The translations under genes and the position numbers were made by a program. 64,000 nt of DNA, taken from positions 1 to 64,000 of the forward strand of contig JAVECO010000022.1 of the NCBI GenBank assembly GCA_051942205.1. Reading direction: 5' to 3'. Positions 1 through 11,793 of this stretch are shown one piece after another. The notes beneath the pieces are model-generated. The model ran no database searches. It saw only the letters and a program-made list of their open reading frames with translations, and had not been told where the DNA came from. Source of the DNA: Coniocarpon cinnabarinum (Eukaryota). Numbering within the stretch: the stretch's first letter is position 1; every line of letters begins with the position of its first letter.

Positions 1-1560
1 TTTTATACTTTTTTATTATTAAATAATTTTAATAAATCTTTAGATAGATAAGAATATAAAGAGCTAAAACTAATTATTATTAAAAATAAATAAAAATAGT
101 AAGTATAAAAAATTTTTTAATATTTAAAACTTTTATAAAAAAAATTAAAGTATAAGCTTTATAGTTTAGCTATCTAAAAGATTACTAATAGTACCTAATT
201 AAATACTTTAATTATATATAAGAAGAATTAGAATATTTTTATACTAAGTATTTATAAAAACTAAGATCTACCTAGTACTAACCTAATATTATTGTCTTAA
301 TTAAAAATAATTAAGTTTTAAAAAAAAGATAGTATTATAGTTCTACTTTTATAGTACCTTTTTATTTTACTATTTTTTTATTTAGAATCTATTAATATAA
401 TTATTTAACCTATTATATCTTTTACTAAATAGTTTATTAATAATTATTAAATATTCTATAAATATAAACTAAAAGGTATAAGTAGTATATAGTATACTAT
501 ATCTTTACTACTTATATTAACTAGAACTAGATATAAATAAGTAGCCCTTATTTTTATAGATAATTATTCTATAGCTTTTATAATTCTATTAATTACCCTA
601 TATAGTTAATAATTCTTGCTCTTAACTTTCTTATATTAAAGTATACTTAACTTTAGCTCTATAAAAAAGCTTAAAAAAATATTAGTAGAGTTAATTAATA
701 TATATATTATAGTAGCGTTATCTTTAATTATAAGCTTAGGGTATAGTTTTTATAAAATATAACTAGATAAAGTTATAATAGTACTAAAAAATATAATATA
801 ATCTAGTAAGAGCTTTTATAACTAGCCTAGTTATTAAAAGTTTAGATAAAATAACTTATTTTGTATTATATAGATATATAGCTTATTAATAGTAAGAATA
901 TATATAGACTTATAAAAATATAGTTACTTAACTATATTTATAATAAATTTATTACTTAATATAATCTTAGAACTAGCCTAAATATATACATAAGCTTTTT
1001 TTATAATTATAATTTAATTTACTTTACTTTTACTATCTTTATTTAATATAAATAAATATATCTTTTTTATTTATAATATTAACTAGTATTAATTATTTTT
1101 AATTACTTTTAATAGGCTAATAATAAATATAATACTTAATACTAGTTTATAAACTAGACTAAATACCTAAAATATAAATATCTTTCTAAACTTATATTTT
1201 ATAATAAGTATTATATTATAACTACTTACTAATATTTTAAGAATTTATAGCTACTTTTTATATATCTTTTATAATTTAAAAAGTACTTTAATTTATTTTA
1301 CTTTATAGTTAGTTAAATTAGATAATATATCTATATATTTTATAGTAGTAGTAGATATATATTATAAACTAATATTATATATTTATATTATTAATTTAAG
1401 GCTATTTAAAACTAAACTTAGATATTTAAAAATATAAGAGCTTATACTTTAATTTAATATAAAAATTATAAAAAAAAATAAGTATTATAAATAAGAATAA
1501 ATATATTAAGTAAAAGGTTACTATTAGGCCTTAGACCCTTTAGCTAATAACTACTATATT
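1..1560. mobile_element. AT-rich, RIP-mutated repeat relic (probably a degenerate transposable element; family not identifiable)
   Basis: Very high A+T with abundant TpA (TA, TAG, CTA, TAA) and near absence of CpA/TpG, no ORFs, sharp transition to normal composition at ~1560-1620. This matches the known CpA->TpA signature of repeat-induced point mutation in ascomycetes. Confidence 0.8.
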
Positions 1561-2170
1561 TAGCATAGCATAATACACGATTTAGAGTTGCTAAGGGTCT
1601 AAGCAGGCTGAGACTAGAACCGTTCAATAATTTAGTAAACACATGTAAATGGCAAAGGCACGTCAAGCATTACCCAATTGGGGGATGGACGCTACTATCT
1701 AAGTTCAATAAATATCGATGTGATTAGATATCTTTCATTGCCACAATGTTTGCACAGCAGCACCTTGATTGTTCCCAACACGAGCTCCAGTGCTCCCAGA
1801 ACTCTTGATAATTTCCGCGCTTAGTATTGAAGGTTCAAGTTATGTATCACAAGTATTGTTAGAGTTGGGTTGGTGGAAGTCAGAGAGAGGGTACTAAAGC
1901 AGCTAGCTCATTTGCCGCCCGTCGTTTCACGCGGCCCATGCCGCCACGCCGCCCCATGGTGGCGCAGGATATCACGTATTTTCAAACATTAGCTCTTCTT
2001 ATTCCAAATCATTCCTAGATCCTTAACGTCTTGTGTATGCGAGGTAGCCCGTGTCATTCGAAGCTGAATAAGGGCGCCGTGCGCTCATCTTCCATCATCT
2101 CCACAAGGCCGTGCCGAGAGTGTTACTTGACCTGATCATGGTACACACCTCTTGAGAATTAATCCCCATC

Positions 2171-4360
2171 ATGACACCAAGGCTACGCATAGACGGGACC
2201 GTCTTTCGAGACAGCAGAAACAGGGAAGTGACACTACATGGCATCAACGTCGCAGGAGACGCAAAGCTTCCCGCACATCCGCCGCAGCCATCTCATGAAC
2301 CCAGCCGCTTCTTAGAGGCAGCGCAAGAAGTCTCCTTCGTAGACCGCCCATTTACCTTACAGGATGCACCCTCCCACTTTTCCAGACTGCGGAAGTGGGG
2401 CTACAACTCCATCCGCTACATCTTCACATGGGAGGCGCTTGAGCACGCAGGCCCGGGTACTTACGATGAAGACTTCATCTCGTTTACCATTTCGACGCTG
2501 CGTATCGCTAAGCGATATGGCTTTTATGTGTGGATGGATCCTCATCAGGATGTCTGGTCACGTTTCACGGGCGGTTCAGGAGCTCCTCTCTGGACCGTGT
2601 ATGCATGTGGGCTGGATCCCACCAAGTTCAGCGCTACTGAAGCTGCACTCGTCCAGAATCTCTGGCCTGATCCGTCCAAATTCCCAAAAATGATCTGGGC
2701 GACCAACTACACGCGTCTGGCGTGTCAGACTCTTTTCTCGCTATTCTTTGGAGGCCGGGACTTTGCACCAAAAGCCATCATCAACGGTATGAACATCCAG
2801 GATTTCCTGCAGGAGCATTTCATAGGAGCGTGTGCGCACCTCGCCAAACGCATCAAGGAAGCTGGCGACCTTGACGGTGTCTGCATCATTGGCTGGGAAT
2901 CTGTCAACGAGCCCCACCGCGGCCTCATCAGTCGACAAGACATCTCCATCATCCCACGGTCGCAACAACTCCAAAAAGGCACATCACCCACGCCTTGGCA
3001 AGCCATGCTCACCGGTTCCGGCCGGGCCCAAGAAGAAACAACCTGGGAATTCGGCAGTCTAGGACCCTACAAATCCGGTTCGCAGCTCATCGATCCCCAA
3101 GGCCAGTCCGTCTGGCTATCCGACACCACCTTCGACGAGATGTACGGCTTCAAACGCGATCCCCAATGGCAACTCGGTACTTGCCTCTGGGCTCAACACA
3201 ACGTCTGGGACCCCTCGACCGATACGCTGCTCAGACCTGACCACTTCGCGCGCGACCCCAACACCGGCGACACAATTAACTACGAGTACTTCACAAACCA
3301 CTACTTCATGTCGTACTACCGCCGCTACCGCAACGCCATCCGCGCCATCTTCCCCGAGACTATCCTCTTCTGCCAGCCGCCCGTGCTTGAAATCCCACCC
3401 ACTCTCAAAGGCACAGACGACGACGACCCAAACATGGTCTACAGTCCCCACTGGTACGACGGCGTAACCCTCATGACCAAAAAATGGAACAGCCTCTGGA
3501 ACGTCGACGTCTTCGGGATACTACGCGGCCGCTATCTAACCCCCGCCTTCGGCGTCAAAGTGGGCGAAAAAGCAATCCGAAACTGTTTCCGGGATCAATG
3601 GAGTGCGATTCGCAAGGAGGGCCTCGATTACATGGGATTGCATCCGTGCGTCTTTACGGAGTTTGGCATCCCGTATGACATGGATGACGGACATGCGTAT
3701 AAAACGGGGGATTACGCCAGTCAGATTGCGGCCATGGATGCGAATCACTTCGCGGCGGAGGGGGCAAAGGTGGGCTTTGCGCTCTGGAATTATGCGCCGG
3801 GGAATAGTCACACCTGGGGGGATCAGTGGAATGGGGAGGATTTGAGTGTCTTGAGTTTGGATGATGGAGTCGCTGATGGTGAGAGAGGGGATGAGCTGCA
3901 GGTGGATGGGTCGCCGGGTCCGAAACAGAACATGCGCGTTACGGGACAGGAGGCTTCCAGTGACGCATCTGCGGCGACAGCGAGTGAGCAGGAGGCTCTT
4001 CCCGGTACGATACGTGCTGCGCGTGCGTTTGTCCGTCCGGCGCCGGTGGCAACGCATGGCTCGATCGTCGATTACGGCTTCGATCTCAAGACCGTGACAT
4101 TCACCCTTAACGTCCTCGCATCCACATCCGCACCGCAAGATGCACCGACCGAAGTTTTCCTCCCGAACTTACACTTCCCAGATGAGGGGTTTGAGACGGA
4201 AGTGAGCGACGGAGAGACGCAGATCACAGGAGGGGAATTCGGAGGCAAAGTGCTGAAATGGTGGAACACGGATGGGCAGCAGAGTCTGAAGGTTAGGAAT
4301 GCACATGTTGTAGTAGAGGAAGAAAGGTGTGGTGGGGAGGGCGGGTGTCGGGCTATGTGA
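2171..4360 (+). CDS. Glycoside hydrolase family 5 (EGCrP/Egh1-type glucosylceramidase or steryl-beta-glucosidase)
   Basis: 729-aa intronless ORF with DPHQDVWSRFTGGSGAP, GWESVNEP (acid/base Glu) and FTEFGIPYDM (nucleophile Glu) motifs characteristic of fungal EGCrP proteins. Confidence 0.88.
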   Translation: MTPRLRIDGTVFRDSRNREVTLHGINVAGDAKLPAHPPQPSHEPSRFLEAAQEVSFVDRPFTLQDAPSHFSRLRKWGYNSIRYIFTWEALEHAGPGTYDEDFISFTISTLRIAKRYGFYVWMDPHQDVWSRFTGGSGAPLWTVYACGLDPTKFSATEAALVQNLWPDPSKFPKMIWATNYTRLACQTLFSLFFGGRDFAPKAIINGMNIQDFLQEHFIGACAHLAKRIKEAGDLDGVCIIGWESVNEPHRGLISRQDISIIPRSQQLQKGTSPTPWQAMLTGSGRAQEETTWEFGSLGPYKSGSQLIDPQGQSVWLSDTTFDEMYGFKRDPQWQLGTCLWAQHNVWDPSTDTLLRPDHFARDPNTGDTINYEYFTNHYFMSYYRRYRNAIRAIFPETILFCQPPVLEIPPTLKGTDDDDPNMVYSPHWYDGVTLMTKKWNSLWNVDVFGILRGRYLTPAFGVKVGEKAIRNCFRDQWSAIRKEGLDYMGLHPCVFTEFGIPYDMDDGHAYKTGDYASQIAAMDANHFAAEGAKVGFALWNYAPGNSHTWGDQWNGEDLSVLSLDDGVADGERGDELQVDGSPGPKQNMRVTGQEASSDASAATASEQEALPGTIRAARAFVRPAPVATHGSIVDYGFDLKTVTFTLNVLASTSAPQDAPTEVFLPNLHFPDEGFETEVSDGETQITGGEFGGKVLKWWNTDGQQSLKVRNAHVVVEEERCGGEGGCRAM

Positions 4361-5148
4361 CGTGACGTTGGAGATGAGAGGAACAGCAAGATCGGATAGT
4401 CAAGCAAAGCAGCAGCGTGGCGTTTGGTAGATCATTTTTGAAGGAACATGATTGTGACATCGAGGTACGCTAGGTTGAAGCAGGGTTTGAAGAAAGTCAC
4501 GCTCGATACAGAAACCTCAACAGCGTCCTCTTTCAAGCGTGATCACCTTCTTGAGACATAACGGAGAGCGTCGAGAAAGCCTTGAGTCTGCTCAATTGAG
4601 CAATAGCAATCGGTTTCGACATCCAGTATCTGCTGAAAGGCACGATGCGTTTGCAGAGTCAGCCGATCTTGAAATCATCTGTTGCCACGTAGCTGTGAAC
4701 CACTCTTTTCTCACCAATACCGTCCTACAGGAAGATCTATCCATCAACTACGTGCGCGTAGTCAGACTGACCGCCACGCAATCGGTACGTCGAATATGCT
4801 CTATTCCGAGCTTTGGGTGAAAATCAGGTAGCGTATGCCATAGCACCAGCATCAGAAATAGCACTTTCGTTCAAGGACAAAGCCCGTTCAATGGCCATGC
4901 TGGGAGCACAGGCAACAGCGTATTACAACAAGTATGTAGCCGCTAGAACACAAATTGTGCAACGAGCGCCTCTCAGCACGAAGAGCTAATCAGGGACTCG
5001 ATATTACATAGATATGGTATGGTTGGCATCTGCGCCGGTCACGTCGCATTGCATCCAAGCAGCGTCGATCGTCATGTATACCGTTCATCATCTCATGGCG
5101 CAGTTGGCCAGCTTCTGCGCCGCGTGGCAACACCAGGTTGATCAGTGC

Positions 5149-7102
5149 TCAGGCAATTTTGCCTTTGTCCTGGGCTTCGCGGACTTCTTGGAAGACCTAT
5201 GTTTGCGTGAGCAGAATGTCAAATCACATCACCACAAAAGGCAACTTACCTTGAGCATCTTCGTGCGTGCCCCCTTGGCAGCAACACCACGGTCCTCCAG
5301 CGCCTTCTCATCATATTGCACTAGATCCTGCCACTTGATGTCTTTCAGATTGTCCGTGTACTTGTGCAATCGAAGACTACGCAGCCATGCTGGGATATCC
5401 TTGAGCAGCTCAAGATCAGTCGGGTCCTCTGGTGGACGAGAATTTCCGCGCTTCCCACGTGGACTGCGACCACGCTGGATCTCAGACGGGTCATGTAAGA
5501 AGCCGTCGCCACCGCCCATGCCTCCCATACCGGCCATGCCACCCATAGCGTTCAAGTTCATTCCTCCCATGCCGTTGACCAATCCTTGTTGAGCATTATA
5601 AGCGGAGAGGAAGCCGTTCTGACTCATGCCCATGTTCTGCATGCCCGGTGGGCCTTGAATTGCAATTCCAGGAGATACTGGGCGGGATCGCTGGCCCTGC
5701 ATAGCCGCAAGCTGTTGTGCCTGGAGGGCAGCCGCTTGCTGAGGGGAGAGCATCTGTCCCTGTGGGTCCATCATGGGCATGCCATTTCCAGGCAGGCCAG
5801 GTGAATGCGGGCCACGGCCATCAGATGAACGGGCACGGCGAAACTTGCGAGCGTCGTCGAGTTGAACACGATTAGTGACCGTTGACAACGCGGCAAGCTT
5901 CATGGCAGTGGCATTCGCTACGAGATCGTTTGGGTTGTTGGGGTTTTGCTGTGGGTTATTGAAGTTTGGCATCATTGGCGTGTTGCTGACGGAGCCCCAG
6001 TTGCCCGTGTATGGAGACAGCATGTTCAAGCCAACATTGTTACTATCAGGAACGCTGACACTTGTGCTTTGGATGTTGCTGTCGCTTGTGAGGTGAGAAG
6101 GACGCGTCGCGCTGCGCAGGCCAGCAGAGGGTGGGGGCTGTTGGAATTGACCCATTGGAGTTTGCCCCTGGGAGGACCTGGGTCGATCCGAGGTATCTTG
6201 GTCGCGAGCACTACGACCCCACGGAGAAGGCTGAGCCATGCTGTCTTTGCGGGAATCCTCCGGTGGTCCACTGATGGTAGGTGCGATCAGCGAAGCACGG
6301 TCTCCGACCACAGCGCTGCTCCGATTAGAGCGAGGCTCTGTTCCAGTCTTCTGAGTAAAGTCTGCCTTCTGCTTAGCTATGGCAGCAGCGGCATCTGGAA
6401 ACATTGAGTTGATCTCGGACGGAGCAAGACCAGAATTACGCTTGGCACCTGGTGAGGGAGGAGCACGGCCACCACCACCAAAGCCAACTGAGTGGCGAGA
6501 AGCATCCGTACTAAGGCGATTCATCGCAGTGCTGAGGCGATTTGACATGGGATCTGGCTCTGGTTAGCACGATATGATGAGGACGGTCGCACACCTGGCT
6601 CACCTTTCTCACCAAAGTTAGAAGGAGATAGCACGCCCGACATCGGGTGAGTTAAGGCCATTTGCTGGAGCACTCCAATGAAGAAGCGTGTCTGTACTTG
6701 TGTGGTCTGCTGGAGCAGAGCGTAGAGAGCAGCCGTCCGCTCAGCCTCACTGAGAACGCGAAACCAATCTTCAATTGCGCTGAGTTCGTCCTTGAAGTCC
6801 TTGTCCAATGTCGCAGCAGCCATCTCTTCAAGGGTATTCTCATACGAGTCGATATCTGCAATCCACTGCTGAATAGCCTTGTCTCCTTCATCGACCGAAT
6901 TGGTGCCCTGACCGCGTTGCCCCGGATACACCTCGGACTGGGGACGGACACCCCGGGCGGAAAGAGGCCCGTTTGATTGACCGCTCATGTCTGTAGAAGA
7001 ACGCAATTGGTGGCTCGCGCCAAAGGCTGAGCGAGATACTGGAGGGCGCAGGTTTGAGCTGCCCGTTTCTGGGGTGCTATTGCGATTGCCGATGGTATTC
7101 AT
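5149..7102 (-). CDS. VTS1: SAM-domain RNA-binding protein Vts1/Smaug
   Basis: N-terminal SSR1-like block ([26 protein letters not shown]) and C-terminal SAM domain ([15 protein letters not shown]...[15 protein letters not shown]). Introns read at 6554-6603 and 5197-5249; last exon [15 protein letters not shown] ends at 5149. Confidence 0.92.
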
Positions 7103-7994
7103 GATGCTGGGCAGTTTGTGACTGTGCTTTGCGTTCTAGTAGACGTATCGTGCGATTTTGGTCGAGGTCGAGTTGTGCAACGCTCCTGCAGCAACCTGGC
7201 TGGCCTCAAAGGAGCTCCCAACGGACCGAAAGAGGGTGAGTTGGTATCAACGAGAGTGACACGCGGTGCGTGAGTAAGGGTAGAGTAGTCGATGGCCCCA
7301 GAACAGTGTCTCACAAAGACGATGTCGAGAGCGAGTGAGTTTGCAATTGACTCTGAGCGCTGCAAGCCGCAAAGAGCGACCGACAATGGGTTGCCGAGAA
7401 GAAAACCTAACCTGGTCAAAGAGCGTTGCAAGAAGATCCTAAAATTGTGAATGAGACTGGCACATGAGCGAGACCGTAGCGCAATTGGGTACGGCAAATG
7501 TGGAGGCAGAGACAAAGGGAGGAGGATACTTAAGACGTGCAGCGAGAATTTAGGAGAGAGCTGGCCTAGGTACTGAATGACCATTGTATGTTCGCAGCCT
7601 GCAGAAATCTCTCTCGCCAACTTCCACTTGCAGTAAGTCCGCGTGGCTATTTTTAAGCCTCGAATCAGCAGCCCTCCAGCTCTCCACCTCGCCACCACCA
7701 ATCACCTGCAAGCATTTCCTTTGCCTTTGCATTGAACGTTGCCCACCACCTCCACAGTCACTACTTGTGCAATCCCCACCGCTAACCCTCGCTCTCTGCG
7801 CTTTGCACCTCGTTCGAGATGATGAGTCGTATAAATCGTTGAATCGCGGTACAACGAAACTGGGTTTTGCAAGATGGACGACCCAGATTGTGAGGCCAAT
7901 CACACCAGAGAAAATACCTGACGATCCAGAGGGCAGTGCAAATATTGCACACCTGCTCTTGATGACCAAGAATACCCATTTATAAGCATAAGGC

Positions 7995-10900
7995 ATGGCT
8001 TCAGAATATCCAGAACCCAGCTCTTCCAAAGCCTTCCCCACTCAAGGCGTGCCATATTTTGTACCCGGTGTTAGATCGATAACAGATGCGCAGGGTATCG
8101 ACCAATACGCTTACAACGACAATGCTGCCAATTTCATTGCTTACGAGGGCAACGAGTCTGCGCCAGATGATGAAAGCGACTCGGATGCCCTGAGCGACGA
8201 GGACGCTCTTCTCGGCAATATCGACCTGCCAGGTGCACCTCTATTGTCCAAGAATGTTGATGAAGATGACGCCGACTTTGATCCGAGCGACCTCGACGGT
8301 ATCCAGAACGGCGAAGATGACGATCGACTTTCTGACTCAAGCATCGGCGAGGACCGCACGAGCAGTCAACAGCTTGCCTCTGCGACCAGTAACGCACGAG
8401 GCCGAGGGCGGGGACGGGGACGAGCGAGAGGGCGAGGTGGTCGAGGTTCCAGTCGTGGTCGTGGCAGGGGACCCGGCGGCCCGCGTACTGGACGAGCTCG
8501 AGGAAGAGCGACAAGGTCGAGTCCTCCGGATGCAGAGATCGACATTAATTGGTTCGAAAGGACATCGCGGGCCCCTAGAACAAGAGCTCGAGGAGAGGGC
8601 TGGAGAGGAGGCCGCAGGGGTCCTCGTGGTCCGAGGGTGGCGCCTCCGACCAGGCAATTCAATACATTGCAAGCCAAGGCCACGACAGCGTTCATTAGCA
8701 AGCGCTATGAGGATTGTGCTCAGCTTTGCATTGATGCGATCGAGATCAATCCGGAAATTTGGGCCGTTCATTCCTTGCTTTCTTCAGCTTATGCAGAATT
8801 AGGCAGGAAGGAAGACTCCATCGAAGTGTTGTTCAATGGAGCCTTAACGCGGAGAGAAGCTTCTGCGTGGAAAGAAGTTGAGGAGCGCACTAAAGAAATT
8901 ATACCGATCGATCAAGAGGAAGAGCGGGAGCAGCGGTTGCTCATCGTCTACAATAACATTCTGCGCGTCGACCGCGACGATTACGATGCCCGTGTAGCTC
9001 GCCTTGCCATACTTCAAAAGTCTACGAACAGTCGCAAGGTCATCAAAGAGAGCATGCGCGCACTAGCCGATCACCCTCATGATCTCTTCGTGTTGCGCGT
9101 TTTGGGTGACGCGTGTCTAAAGAACGGCACTGCTGCAACAGCGAGACCAGCATGGGAGGCCGCCATTTCGCACTTCGTCAAGCGTCAAAGTAGTGAAGAT
9201 GAAGACACGTTCCACTTTGATGACTTGAACATCTACCTCGAAATCGTTCAGGATCTCAATGACTGGCAAACCGGGCTGCGAGAGGCCAAGAGACTAGCAA
9301 GATGGTTGCTGGGCCGTCATGACGACGTGCTATGGGATCATCAGGTGGATGACGACCGAGAATGGGATGATGACGATGAGCCCCGACGCATCGAGGTTGC
9401 AGGTTTCACAGCTGGCAAGTACGCGCCGGACCAGTATGGACAAGGGCTCCCGGCAGATATTAGGGTGAAGCTTGGTCTGTTCAGACTGAATTTGGGCCGC
9501 GAACATCTCGATGAAGCTATGGTGGGTACTCTCTTCTCTCACTTTTCACGAATGTGAAAGACTAACGCGCCTGCAGGGTCATTTCGAGGCCTTCGACGAG
9601 AAGAATTTGCCCCCTGAGGCGAAACACGACTTTGCCGACCTTCTGCGCGACATCTCCGCCGCGCTTCACGCTCATGAATATCACGCCGAGTCGTTGCACT
9701 TTTTTGAAGCACTGATAGGTTGGCCTGACCTTGATGCAGAAACACTGAAGCGAGCAGGTCTCTCCTCGGCCTTTCTTGGCGACGAGGTGAAAGCCGTGCA
9801 GTATCTGGAAAGGTATTTAATGAGAGTGTCTCGGGATACTGAGGTTCGTATCCGGGTCGCAGCAATGCAGGACCGACTGGGAGACCATAGTAGAATTCAA
9901 GTCCACATCGATGAAATTGTGCTTCGCGAGACGATCTACACTCTCAAGTCGAAGCAGATCAGTGACGAAGACGCGACAATTTTGGCGAAACATTTAACTG
10001 CAAAAACAAGCGAGCGGGAGAGTTCAAGAGGTGGTGCAACTGATCGAAGCCTTGACGAAGACGTTGAGCTAGCGCTAATCATTAGCAACGGAGGCTGTAA
10101 ATCGCCAGCGTCACCTCAACAAGATCTCTTGAGATCATTTGGTAAGCTGACAGCGAAGCCTCGTCCGCGTGGCCCTTATGCACCACGTAATCCTCTCCGA
10201 CCACTGGCGAAGAAGCCCGAAGGTCCGCCATCGGAGCAGCGTAGGACTGCTGCTGCCGCTGGTCCAGCCGACACATCACTAGATCCCGTCGAAAAGCACT
10301 GGCGACGGCAAGCCAAAGCGATTCGCAAGGTCGAAGGAGCGCAATCCCAGGTCAAGAAACTTCATATTGAACTCCAGGAAGCCGAGCTGAGGATCAAGCA
10401 AGGGGACGAGGGCTCCCACCATGAGTGGACCAGCATTGGTTTTGAACTCTGCGAGGAGTTTTTCGAACAACGTTCGTTCTTCATCTACGGTAAGCAGACA
10501 GCCTTCCTTGGCTTCACTGCTCAAGATCGGGTCAGATCGCAGTCAGCGCTGCCCAAGACCAAGGATTTTCTGCAAACATGGGCTGCGCATCTGATGCAAA
10601 AGCCTGAAGATGAGCCAGCAAATGGAGCCGTTTATGCACATTATCTAGAAGATATGCCCATGTCCTACGGCGGGATCTCGTTTCCTCAATGGCTCACGAT
10701 CATGTTACAAACCTGCATGAACCTGGCCCGCGACAGAGCTTCTCGAAGCTGCTATACAGTTCTCGATCGTCTGGTCGATTGCAGCCTTTTCGTCAACCAT
10801 CGACAGTCGGAACAAAGCCTCTACCTGGCGTACCTCGCCTGCGCTATCGCCCTTCGTGACGACGCCAAACAAAACGAACTGGTACGACACTTCGTTCAAA

Positions 10901-11793
10901 ATCGCGCGCCAGATCCCGACGTGTACCGACTCTTTCAGATCGTCAATCGCCTCTGGAAGGGTAAAGTTCATTTCTACTCCACAGGTCCCCAACAGAAGTA
11001 CTTTGCCCGCATTGTTCGGGCACATGACCATCTCGCCATGACGACGGCTCAACGTGCCCGCTCGATGAACACCCAGCTCTTTGCAAGATACAACAGCGCT
11101 GCGCTTGGGTCGATGAAACTGGTAAACACGGGCGCCCCTGCTCGAGACCCGGACCCGGATGTCGTAGATGTAAATTGCTTGGACGCGCAACTGCTCACTG
11201 CGTGCGGGAATATGATCTCAGCTAACAACTCGCACCAAGTCAACGCGCTCAACTACTACATGCGCGCATACGCCGCCCAGCCTGACAATCCTTTGGTACT
11301 ATTGTGCGCAATGGTGGCATACGCCACGCTGAGCATGAAACGGCTCAGCGCAACTAGACATCATCAAGTTCTGAGCGCAGTTTCAGCATTTACGCGATAC
11401 AAGGAGATACGTCTGCAAGATGGAAACGGCAACGAAATGAAAGATGGGAGGCTCAAAAGACAGCGCAGGATGGAGACAGACTTCAACGAAGGACGTATGT
11501 GGCACTTGTGGGGTCTAATGCATCTCGCGGTGCCGTGTTATGAACGTGTGTTTGCACTAGCTGAGGAGCAGGAGGCCAAGTTTGCAAACAGTACTCCACC
11601 GACAGGCTCGGATGGTGATGTCGAAATGACTGGCGCTGACGAAAATTCCAACGACGCTGAAGAAAACGAGGGTGTACTACGTGACGAACCTGACTTCACG
11701 ATGGAAGCTGCGCTGGCGATGCAAAGCATATGTGTGCAATCCGGCGACGTCGAAGAAGCGAGACGGCTTACTGAGCGTTGGCTGGTCTTCTGA
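7995..11793 (+). CDS. TFC4: RNA polymerase III transcription factor TFIIIC TPR subunit (Tfc4/Sfc4/tau131)
   Basis: Two ORFs joined by a GT-AG intron at 9522-9576. Acidic and RG-rich N-terminus, TPR repeats, DREW motif, and C-terminal ALNYYMRAYA...FNEGRMWHLWGLMHLAVPCYERV...EAA...RWLVF typical of Tfc4. Confidence 0.85.
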
